Notes under the pieces: model-generated
Databases searched by the model: none
Told to the model about the DNA's origin: nothing
Seen by the model: the letters and a program-made list of their open reading frames with translations, nothing else
Assembly: GCF_963921235.1 (NCBI RefSeq)
Contig: NC_086097.1
Location: forward strand, 129,892,001-129,956,000
Direction: 5' to 3'
DNA from: Mobula hypostoma
Lineage: Eukaryota
Length of the DNA: 64,000 bases
Position numbers and translations under genes: made by a program
Shown here: positions 1 to 10,278 of the stretch, piece after piece
Layout: each line of letters starts with the position of its first letter
Position numbering within the stretch: the first letter of the stretch is position 1

Positions 1-89
1 GAGTCAGCAGCTTTAAATTCCAGGGCATTAACAAGAGCAGAACTGGGCCCAGCACGCAGTTGCAATCACAAGGAAAGCAGGTCACCAAA

Positions 90-790
90 CACTCTAACAA
101 ATTCTATGTTTGTACTTTTGAAAGTATCCTGACTGGTTGTATCATGGTGAGGTATGGCAATTTGAATGCAAAGGAATGTAAGAAGCTGCGGAGAATAATG
201 AGCTGTGCTCAATACATCTTGGAGTTAACCCTCCCTGCCATCGGTAATATCTAAATGAGGCAAAAGTATGGATATGTACAGACCATAATGGAAACGTATG
301 TAAAGGATGGAGAGTTATTGAATGGTTTATTGTATATAATTTTATTTTTGAATAAAGTATATTTTGAAATAAAAAAGTATCTAAATGAGGTACTGCCACA
401 AGAAAGCAAAATATGCCATCAATGATCCTGGCATTCTGGGCAATGCCATCTTTTCACAGCTACCATTAAGCAGTGGCTATAGAAGCCTTAAGTTCCACAC
501 CAGCAGGTTCAAAAACAGCTCCCTGCCTTCAAGTATTCAGTAGTTCTTGAACTCACTGTCAAAAACCCTAATCATAACAGCATTATTAGCAACATTATGA
601 CGACTGATCACCTTGCACAAAAATGAACTGTTTCTTTTTGTTTTAATTGAGTTCTTTCTTGTAAAATTTATGATTTTCTTATGAATACAGCTTATATGAT
701 GGAATACACCTGTGATACTGCTGCAAATAAATTTTTAATTGCACCTGTGCGTACATGTAGTTATGCCAATGACAATAAACTTGACTTTTT
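90..790 (+). mobile_element. Rex1/Babar-type LINE 3' fragment, decayed
   Basis: Translation 'FYVCTFESILTGCIMVRYGN...' resembles the Rex RT C-terminus; ends GACAATAAAC like the other Rex tails in the window. Confidence 0.7.
261..377 (+). mobile_element. Short 5'-truncated poly(A)-ended retroelement tail (L1/Tx1-like)
   Basis: AATAAA and A-rich end; flanked by a perfect 13-bp TSD TATCTAAATGAGG (248-260, 378-390). Confidence 0.65.
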
Positions 791-888
791 TTTAAAACAG
801 AAGCTATAGAATGCAATAGCAGGGAGGGCAGTAATTAGCTGGCACTGTGTTTGATACAAACTCCACTGACCAGCATCCTTCAACAGGT

Positions 889-1073
889 AGGAGCAGATGG
901 GCAGTGATTTGGCCACCACTGCCGGCCCACCAACTGGAGAGTGTCATGGTTAAGGGTCGAAAACACTCTGTGAAGGTTGGGAGCCACCCGATGACATTTG
1001 CTCCTGGCTGAAGGCTACAGTTACTTTATAAGGTATCTGGAGAATGCACCCTAACAGGTGTATGTAACAAGTA
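889..1073 (+). repeat. Upstream copy of the ~185-bp terminal direct repeat
   Basis: Matches 5744-5927 with about 9 differences counted by eye. Confidence 0.97.
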
Positions 1074-2571
1074 ATCTCTGTTTTGTACCAGTGGCTTCCA
1101 GGAAAGACTGGATTGCAACCGAGGAAGGTCAGTGACGCTGGAGAGACAGCTGACCTCCAGGAAAGACTGACACGGGCTCACAAGGCTAGCAACCTTGTGG
1201 GCAGCACTCGCAAGAGGGAACCACTCAAGCTACGATTGAACACAAAGAGCAATACCCTCAGAGTCTCCTGAGAGGGAGGGGAGAGGATGAGAGACGCAAC
1301 GGGACGATATACCGGCAATGGCCAGGACAGGAAACACAACTACAAGGAAGCTAAAGCAAACAACACTGACTGGAGAGGAATTCACAGTAAGGTGTCATTG
1401 CAGGAAAGTCTGCAAAAACATCAGAGGGCTCAAAAGATATACCAGAGCAGGTCTAGATGTGGATCAATGGTGACCCAAGTGCAGCACATGGACTTGGTGT
1501 CCGGTGAGACGAAGGAGAATTCCAGCCAGGAAGCATCCCACAGAGCTGAAGATCTCTCCGCACTCGAGTAGCCTCAGCACCGAACAACAGACCAAGTGAG
1601 TTCCCCTTTGGCTACCCCAATCCATTCATCAAGGAAAGGCAGGATCAAATGGCCTAGATCGTCAGACAACGTCACCTGGATGCAACCAAATAGGAGGGAA
1701 AGGGAGGTTCGTCGCTTGAGAGGTGAATTACAGACGCTCAACAAGAGGTTTAAAACCAGCTCACTGACCAAAAGAGAAGGTTTCAAGGACGTAACCAGTA
1801 TGCTGCGGGAAAAGCTGTGCAAACTCTGGAGGGCGGAACATCTACGACAGCAAAGAAGGAAGAAAGAGAAAAGGCGAGCGCAGTTTGTGAGAGATCCATT
1901 CAGTTTCACCAGGACTCTTCTCGGCCAACAAAAATCTGTTATACTATCCAGTTCGAAGCCAGAGGGAGAGGAGTTCCTGTGGGAGGCACACAGTGACCCA
2001 TGGAGGGGTCAGGGACTAGGAACTAATGGGGCTGTGCGTAGACCGGAAAAACCATCAAATGAGCTGAATGTGAAGGAGCCTACGTGGCAGGAAATCCAGG
2101 ACATCATCTGGAAAGCTAAAGCATCAGCTGCCGCAGGCCCAAGTGGTCTACCTTATAAGGTGTATAAGAAATGCCCAAAACTTCTTCGGAAGCTGTGGAA
2201 GGTCATGAGAAAGATCTGGGCCATAGGTACTATTCCATCAAGTTGGAAATTGGCAGAGGGATGCTTTATTCCAAAGGAAGAGGATTCTTCCACATTTACC
2301 CAGTTTTGGACAATTTCTCTCCTAGATGTGGAATGTAAGATTTTCTTTTCTGTGCTCACTAGAAGGCTGACTTCTTACATGACGCAGAACCGCCTTGTCA
2401 ACACATCTATCCAGAAAGGCGGTATTCCAGGCTTTTTGGGGTGTCTGGAACACACCTCAATGATTAGCCATTTGATCCGTGAGGCCAAGCAGAGAAAAGG
2501 CGACCTAACAGTTGTCTGGTTAGACCTCGCGAGCGCCTACGGGTCTATTCCTCATGACTGTTGGAGTGTAT

Positions 2572-2755
2572 GGGGTGTCAGGTAGGGGTAGCACCTCTGG
2601 TGGGGGAACACATTGTGTCCTTTTCAGGGCGCTTTGTCACCTTTGGTCCCCACCTGGCACTCAGCTCTCACCTGTGGCTCCCTGTAGGTGTTTGCATGCG
2701 ACAGCAGCCACACCCTGGGCAACGGCTTTGACAAGCCGGCTAAACCAAGTGAAGG
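2572..2755 (+). ncRNA. HDV-like self-cleaving ribozyme (putative)
   Basis: P1 GGGGUGU 2572-2578/ACACCCU 2710-2716 with G-U at position 1; P3 GGC/GCC; P1.1 CC 2680-2681/GG 2717-2718; P4 CGGCUU/AAGCCG; J4/2 GCUAA with C2740; imperfect P2 2665-2674/2746-2755. Confidence 0.7.
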
Positions 2756-2912
2756 TAGCCGACTGGTCTCAAACTCTCAGTGAGATAGGGAGTTGTCTAT
2801 CCCAGCATGTGAAGACAGACTCCGGCGGATTGAGCGGACGAGACCAATGGTAGGTCCAACGGTCAAGAAGGCAGTCTCCGCAAGCGCCGTGGAACACGTA
2901 GAGCACGACAAG

Positions 2913-3457
2913 ACCATATAACCATATAACAATTACAGCACGGAAACAGGCCATCTCGGCCCTTCTAGTCTGTGCTGAACTCTTACTCTCACCTAGTCCC
3001 ACCGACCTGCACTCAGCCCATAACCCTCCATTCCTTTCCTGTCCATATATCTATCCAAATTAACTTTAAACGACAACATCGAACCTGCCTCAACCACTTC
3101 TGCTGGAAGCTTGTTCCACACAGCTACCACTCTCTGAGTAAAGTTGTTCCCCCTCATGTTACCCCTAAACTTTTGCCCTTTAACTCTCAACTCATGTCCT
3201 CTTGTTTGAATCTCCCCCATTCTCAATAGAAAAAGCCTATCCACGTCAACTCTATCAATCTCCCTCATAATTTTAAACACCCCTATCAAGTCCCCCTCAA
3301 CCTTCTACGCTCCAAAGAATAAAGACCTAACTTGTTCAACCTTTTTCTGTAACTTAGGAGATGAAACCCAGGCAACATTTTAGTAAATCTCCTCTGTACT
3401 CTCTCAATTTTATTGACATCTTTCCTATAATTCGGTGACCAGAACTGTACACAATAC
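2913..3457 (-). mobile_element. CR1 LINE 3' fragment
   Basis: YCVQFWSPNYRKDVNKIERVQRRFTKMLPG...LERRRLRG and TRGHELRV motifs; (TATATGGT)n tail. Confidence 0.9.
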
Positions 3458-3630
3458 ACAAAGGCACAGAAGATGTCCTGGTCATCCACTACGCCTAGTC
3501 TCATCTCCAGCCGTCTCGACTCTTGTCTTGCCACTGGATCCAGATGGGAATTGGGAAGAGAGAGTGAGGCTGACACCGTGCAACTCTCCCTCACTTAAAT
3601 CCAAATCAAGCGTTAGTCTCGGCATCATCA

Positions 3631-3771
3631 GCCGGCTGGTGGCGCAGTGTCAGCAGCGCTGGACTCCAGGAGCGAAGGTTCCCGAGTTCGAATCCAGTCG
3701 AGCTGCTCCCGGGCACACTTTCCATTCTTGCCAAGGTTGAGTGTCGAGCTAGCAACTCGGCATCGTAAAAA
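3631..3771 (+). mobile_element. tRNA-derived SINE (lacks the 3' tail)
   Basis: A box TGGCGCAGTG and B box GAGTTCGAATCC; same head as 34637-34940. Confidence 0.8.
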
Positions 3772-5740
3772 GTACTAATGGCGTCGAGGTCTTCATCAAT
3801 GATGATGGACGAACCTTAATTCCACATGACCTCATCCTGTAAGGACTCGACCACTACTACATCCCAGTGGCTATTCGAGACATGATCACCAGCTACCTAG
3901 GAGGATTCAAACTCAGATTTACATCAGCCCATTTCACAACTAGTTGGCAGGACCTCCAGAAGGGGATTCCAACAGGGTGCGCCATCTCTCCCACCCTATT
4001 TATTATGGGAATGAACCTCCTATTATCAGCAGCAGAAGATGTAACCCGCGGCCCGACGTTGGAGTCGGGCATTGTTCAGCCGACTCTACGAGGGTTCATG
4101 GACGACATCACTATAACAACTCTGGCACATGTCCAAGCAAGATGGGTATTGGAATCCCTGGATGATGTAGCCACTTGGGCGAGGGTGTCCTTCAAGGCCA
4201 AGAAGTCCAGGTGTATGGTGATCAGAAAGGGCAAAGTTACTAGCAAGTTTAGCCTCCAAGTTCAGGGTGAGGTCATCCCTTCCATCAAAGATAACCCGAT
4301 AAAATGCTTGGGGAAGTGGTTAAATGTGTAATTGACAGACGGGGCCAATGTCACCAATACTGTGAAGCAGACAGACGAATGGCTGGAGAAGATCGACAAA
4401 TCCAGACTTCCCAGTAAATTCAAGACCTGACTGTACCAATACAGCATTCTGCCCAGGCTTCTCTGGCTCTTCACACTTTATGAGTTCCCCATGACTGCCG
4501 TACAGGGCATCGAGAGGAAAACCAACAAACACTTGCGGAGATGGTGGGGAGTTCCCCCAAGCTTCTCTTTAGCGGGTGTCTATATTCGAACTGGCAACTG
4601 CAGCTTCCCCTGTCATCTGTTGTGGAGGAATTCAAGGTGGCAAAATGCAGAGCCTTATTACACTTGAGAGATTCCAATGACGTCTTGGTAAAGCAAGCAG
4701 GTGTTACAACCAGATCTGGGTGCAAGTGGGCAGCCAACGCAGCTGTGGAGCAGGCAGTGTGTTCTCTGAAGCTGTGAGATATCATCGGCAACTCCTGCGT
4801 CGAGTGGCAAGGCCTCGGCTCAGTTCACTTCCAGCAGTGGGGAAACGCAAGCATAAGGAACAGGTGAGACATGGTACAGGCAGAAGTACGGATCCGTGAG
4901 GAAGAGAAGTGGATGTCAAAGGCAGTGGAACAAGGGTCCCAGCGTGCCTTGACAAAATGGGATCTGCCCAAGCGCAAGATCTCATAGGCAGAGTTATGGA
5001 GACTGGAGCCCTTCCGTATTTCCTTCCTCTTGCGATCAGTGTATGATACCCTGCCTTCACCATTGCATCTGTACTCATGGGGGATGAGAGCGGACCCGAA
5101 CTGAAAGCTCTGTGGTCAAAAGTGGACACTGGCTCATATACTGTCCAGGTGTAAAACAGCTGTAACTCAAGGACGGTATGGGTGGCTCCTTGATCAGGTG
5201 CTTCTGGCTGTTGCTGACACACTAGAGCGGGAGAGATGCAAGAAGAGGGCGGCTGGCACAGATTTGAGGAAGACCATCACCTTCATCAAGGAGGGAGCCA
5301 GGCTTTTCGTAACCAAACAATCTGCTGCTAACAGCCAGGTCCTGGGAGATGAGGGTCGATGTGGGAAGGAGGCTGCAGTTCCCGGATGTGGTGCACACAA
5401 CCCTACGCCCGGACATTGTACTGTGGTCAACTGAAGACAGGAAAATAATTCTGGTTGAGCTGACTGTGCCATGGGAGGAGGGATGGGAAGAGGCCCACGA
5501 CAGAAAGGCCTTGAAGTACCAGCCCTTACTGCAGGAGTGTAACGAGAAGGGATGGCAGGCATGGTTGTTCCCTGTGGAGATCGGCTGCAGAGGTTCCCCA
5601 GTCAAATCAGCATGGCGGTTGTTGTCAGATCTGGGCCTGGACGAAAGGAGCAAAAAAAGACAAGCAGATCGTAGGATGGGGGAAGAGGCAGAACGGGCCT
5701 CTTGTTGGATTTGGAGTAGGCGAGAGGAGGGAAGCTGGAA

Positions 5741-5862
5741 GCCAGGAGCAGATGGGCAGTGATTTGGCCACCACTGCCGGCCCACCAACTGGAGAGTGTC
5801 GTGGTTAAGGGTCGAAACACTCTGTGAAGGTTGGGAACCACCTGATGACATCTGCTCCTGGC
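5741..5862 (+). ncRNA. Putative non-circularly permuted hammerhead-like ribozyme with kink-turn
   Basis: GAGUGU-C (5794-5800) pairs with GAA-ACACUC (5814-5822); GUGGUU (5801-5806) pairs with AACCAC (5836-5841), directly followed by CUGAUGA (5842-5848); 14-bp closing helix 5741-5754/5849-5862. Confidence 0.7.
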
Positions 5863-5927
5863 TGAAGGCTACGATTACCTTATAAGGTAACTGGAGAATG
5901 CACCCTAACAGGTGTATGTAACAAGTA
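5744..5927 (+). repeat. Downstream copy of the terminal direct repeat (ORF end plus 3' UTR)
   Basis: Matches 889-1073. Confidence 0.97.
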
Positions 5928-6292
5928 TCAAGACAAGAGTAGTGCCTGACAGACCGATGAGGCGACAGGCTGCAGCTAAAGACAATAAAACACAGGAAAT
6001 CAGCACATCAAATCTGCTTCACCCTTCCATCATGGCTGATTTATTATCCCTCTCAACCCCACTCTCCTGCTTTTTTCCCCATAACCCTTGATGCCCTGCG
6101 TAATCAAGAAACTATCAATCTCGGCTTTAAATATACCAAATGGCTTGGCCTCCACAACCGTCTCTGGAAATGAATTTCACAGATTCACCACCCTCTGGCT
6201 AAAGAAATTCCTCCTCATCTCTGTATTAAATGGACGTCTCTCAATGCTGAGGGTGTGCCCTCTAATCCTAGACTTCTCCATTCTAGGAAACA

Positions 6293-7652
6293 TCAGAATC
6301 AGGTTTATTAAGTAAAAATTGTGCAAAAATAGAAAGTTTATATATATATATATATCTAAAAGTGAGGCAGTGCTCACGGGTTCAATGTCCATTTAGGAAT
6401 CAGATGGCAGAGATGAAGAAGCTGTTCCTGAATCACTGAGTGTGTGCCTTCAGGCTTCTGTACCTCCTACCTGATGGCAACCAGATTTGGGAACAGCTTC
6501 TTTCCAACTGTGATAAAACTGCTGAACGGATCCTGACCCAGATCTGGGCCTTACCCTCCAAATATCTGGACCTGCCTCTCAGTTTTTTTGTACTACCTTA
6601 CTTCCCATTTTTCTATTTTCTATTTATGATTTATAATTTAAATTTTAATATTTACTATCGATTTGTAATCCAGGGAGCGGGAAGCGCAGAATCAAATATC
6701 GCTGTGATGGTTGTACGTTCTAGTATCAATTGTTTGGTGACAATAAAGTATAAACTAACAGTGAGAAAGTGGCATGCCGTGGGTGCTGGGGGTCCTTAAT
6801 AATGGACGCTACCTTTCTGAGACACTGCTCCTTGAAGATGTCCTGGGTACTTTGTAGGCTAGTACCCAAGATGGAGCAGACTAAATTTACAACCTTCTGC
6901 AGCTTCTTTTGGTCCTGTGTAGTAGCCCCTCCACCCCATACCAGACGGTGACGCAGCCTGTCAGAATGCTCTCCACAGTTTTTGAGTGGTTTTGTTGACA
7001 TACCAAATCTCTTCAAACTCCTAATTAAGTATAGACACCGTCTAGCCTTCTTTATAGTTGCATCGATATGTTGGGGCCAGATTAGGTTCTCAGAGACCTT
7101 GACACCCAGGAACTTAAAACTGCTCACTCTCTCCACTTTTAATCCCTCTATGAGGATTGGCATGTGTTTCTTCATCTTACCCTTCCTGAAGTCCACAATC
7201 AGTTGTTCTGTCTTACTGACGTTAAGTGCAAGATTGTTCCTGCGACACCACTCCACTAGTTGGCATATCTCGTTCCCGTACACCCTCTCGTCTCCATCTG
7301 AGATTCTACCAACAGTGGTTGTATCATCAGCAAATTTATAGATGATATTGGAGCTATGCCTAGCCACACAGTCAAGGGTATACAGAGTAGAGCTGTGGGC
7401 TAAGCACACACCCCTGAGGTGCACCAGTGTTGATTGTCAGTGAGGAGGAAATATTATCACCAATCCTCAAAGACTGTGGTCTTCCACGTAGGAAGTTGAG
7501 GATCCAATTGCAGAGGGAGGTACAGTGGCCCAGGTTCTGTAACTTCTCAATCAGGATTGTGGGAATGATGATGTTAAATGCTGAGCTATAGTTGATGAAC
7601 AGCATCCTGACATAGGTGTTTGTGTTGTCCAGGTGGTCTAAAGCTGTGTGAA
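6293..7652 (-). mobile_element. Rex1/Babar LINE RT plus 3' end
   Basis: [38 protein letters not shown]; contains a second, + strand Rex-type tail at ~6480-6756. Confidence 0.85.
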
Positions 7653-8409
7653 GAGGCCATCCTCTCCAAATCCACTCAATCTTGTTCTTTCAATATTCAA
7701 TAGGTTTCAATGAGATCACCCCTCATTCTTCTAAACTCCAGTGAGCCATAAAACACTTGTCATATGATAATCCTTTCATTCCTGGAATCATTCTTGTGAA
7801 CCTCCTCTGGACCCTCTCCAATGCCAGCGCATCTTTTCTTAAATAAGCGACCCAAAACTGCTCACAAAATTCCATGCAGTCTGTCCAAACCCTTACACGG
7901 ACTAAGCATTACATCCTTGCACTTATATTCTGTATCTCTTGAAATGAATGCTAACATTGCAGTTGCTTTCCTTACCACCGCCTCAACCTGCAAATTATTC
8001 TTTAGGGAATCCTGCAAAGGACTCCTAAGTCCTTTTGCACCTCTGATTTTTGAACTTTCTCTCCTGTTTAGAAATAATCTATGCCTTTATTCCTTCTACC
8101 AAAGTGCATGACCATACACTTCCCTACACTATATTCCATCGGCTACTTTGGCCATTCTCCCAATCTGTCAAAGTCCTTCTTCAGACTTCCTGGTTCCTCA
8201 ACACTACCTGCCCCTCCACATATCTTTGCACTAAGCCATCAATTCCATCATTCAATCTGTTGAAAAGCAGCGGACCCAATAACAACCCCTGTGGAACACC
8301 ACTAGTCACTGGCAGCCAACCAGGAAAGGGCCCTTCCTCATTCACACTCTTTGCCTCCTGCCAGTCAGCCAATCCTCCATCCATGCTAGCAGCTTTCTTG
8401 TAATATTAC

Positions 8410-9223
8410 TGTAACAGGGTCCTGAAATACTCCTATGAACTGTGCTCGATTACCCCTATGAACTGTGCTTTTGAAAAAACAGAGAGAGAGTTATTTAACA
8501 CCAACATCTTGTTTTTAAGAGACAGAGAGGCGAAGACTGCTCACAGTATATTTACATTTCTACAAGGACACCGCCTTCTTGGAAATTCTTGCAGACAGAG
8601 AAGTGAGGAGCTGTTTGAGTGATAGCTGGTATTCAGCACGGGGAGATAAATAGAAGGTCAGATGATAGATCTCAGACATATGGTTTTGGACACCTAATGA
8701 GCTTTGTTGTGCCCACAGAAAAAGTGGGTTTTTGGAGGATCGATCAGTGGCTCTTGCAGTGTGAACAGGGCGACCGGTGCGGAGTTACTTGTGCGTCCCA
8801 CTCTTGCCTGGGTTGATAGTTCCACCACAGAAGAATGATCCCCTTTGTTGTGGTCACAGTTGGTGACTTTTAAAGGATTTCGGAGGACAACAGGAAGATC
8901 GACGGCGTCAGCTCACCTGAAGACTCAAATCTCTCCCCCCTTTCTCTCCATCACTACTCAACTCAATACCACAAACTGAACTGAACTTTACTCATCATCG
9001 TAAGACTATCTATTTATCCCTAGACTTGAAGAAGCTTGATTTTCATATATTTCCACACTTACTGATATACTTACTTATATCGTTGCTAATCTGTTTGATT
9101 TATCTGCATTTATATTACTGTATTGTGTAGTTAATAATAAACACCATTAGTTAATAACAATCCTGGACTCCAAGGTGTTTTCCATTTCTGCTGGTTCTTT
9201 AACCCGTCACAGGGTACGTGACA
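8410..9223 (+). mobile_element. Solo LTR
   Basis: TGTAAC...GTGACA termini, AATAAA ~85 bp before the end, TTAC/CTAC flanks; cleanly interrupts the CR1. Confidence 0.7.
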
Positions 9224-9350
9224 CTACGGACTCTTATCTTGTTAAGTTGGCTCACGTGTGACATCATGTCAAAGGCCTTCAGAACATCCACTGGCTTTCC
9301 TTTGTCTATCCTGCTTATTATTTCCTCAAAGAATTCCAACAGATTTATCT

Positions 9351-10278
9351 GTTGTACAACCTGCCTCAGAAGCTGCTGATTCAATTCTATTCAGGAATAA
9401 TCCAGTCTGTTCCCTGTTCGTCCATCACTGTCTGGTTTGGATCTGCTACCAAACAAGACAAGAGTAGACTCCAAAGTACTGTCAGGGCTGCGGAAAGGAT
9501 TATTGGTGTGAAGCTGCCCTCGATCCAGGACTTATATGCCTCTAGAGTCAGAAAGCGAGCAAGCAGCATCATTGTAGACCCATCACACCCCGGACATCAC
9601 CTGTTCCAACTCCTTCCTTCTGGTAGGCGCTTTAGTTCACTGTATGCCAGGACAAATAGAACATAGAACATAGAATAGTACAGCACATTACAGGCCCTTC
9701 GGCCCACAATGTTGTGCCGACCATCAAACCCTGCCTCCCATATAACCCCCCACCTTAAATTCCTCCATATACCTGTCCAGTAGTCTCTTAAATTTCACAA
9801 GTGTATCTGCCTCCACCACTGACTCAGGCAGTGCATTCCACGTACCAACCACTCTCTGAGTAAAAAACCTTCCTCTAATATCCCCCTTGAACTTCCCACC
9901 CCTTACCTTAAAGCCATGTCCTCTTGTATTGACCAGTGGTGCCCTGGGGAAGAGGCGCAGGCTATCCACTCTATCTATTCCTCTTATTATCTTGTACACC
10001 TCTATCATGTCTTCTCTCATCCTCCTTCTCTCCAAAGAGGTACAAGAACAGTTTCTTTCCGTATGCCATCAGTCTTATGAACACTTGAATTTTAGTCTAT
10101 TATAAACCAAGTCCACCTGTACATACACAGGTATACCTCATTGTATATAGTTCACGATTATTTACGCTATTGTTTTGTTTGCTTTTTGATTCTGTACAGC
10201 GAGAGCTCAGGGAAACCGGCATCAAATTCCCTATATGTGTCCACATACTTGGCGATAATAAAGGATTCTGATTCTGAT
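9351..10278 (+). mobile_element. Rex1/Babar 3' fragment containing a minus-strand CR1 tail (9657-10038)
   Basis: LPQKLLIQFYSGIIQSV...HPGHHLFQLLPSGRR; (ATTCTG)n tail; the insert translates ERRRMREDMIEVYKI...TRGHGFKV. Confidence 0.85.

Larger units (their letters stand above)
2559..3818 (+). mobile_element. Non-coding ribozyme-headed retroelement (RTE/Ingi-like non-autonomous derivative) with nested CR1 and SINE
   Basis: Interrupts the RT at AYGSIPHD|LI; 12-bp TSD ATTCC(T/A)CATGAC at 2547-2558 and 3819-3830. Confidence 0.75.
1393..5762 (+). pseudogene. ZnF-RT-CCHC-RLE polyprotein ORF, broken by frameshifts, stops and a 1.26-kb insertion
   Basis: ORF pieces 1596-2585, 3867-4331, 4541-4777, 5198-5434 and 5349-5762 are collinear parts of one RT-RLE protein; stop TGA at 5760-5762. 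Confidence 0.88.
889..5927 (+). mobile_element. HERO-like RLE non-LTR retrotransposon with terminal direct repeats; near full length but inactivated
   Basis: N-terminal Zn finger CHCRKVCKNIRGLK-IYQSRSRC (~1393-1460); RT motifs WLDLASAYGSIPH, QKGIPTGCAISPTLF, GFMDDITI, KCLGKW; decayed CCHC knuckle (~5095-5155); RLE motif LRPDIVLWS..IILVELTVPWE..RKALKY (5349-5762). Confidence 0.9.

Noticed and set aside
3631..3700. tRNA gene (also at 22640, 34870, 50570, 52137, 55790)
   Set aside because: A/B boxes are present but run into SINE bodies with tails or TSDs; no complete cloverleaf.
5800..5813. CGUGGUUAAGGGUC superficially resembles the 5' end of a pistol ribozyme
   Set aside because: The pistol P1 partner and downstream motifs are absent; hammerhead-type pairings explain the sequence better.
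889..5927. LTR retrotransposon or ERV, because of the flanking direct repeats
   Set aside because: No TG...CA ends, PBS, PPT, gag, protease or integrase; the enzyme is a non-LTR RT with an RLE, and the repeat overlaps the ORF end.
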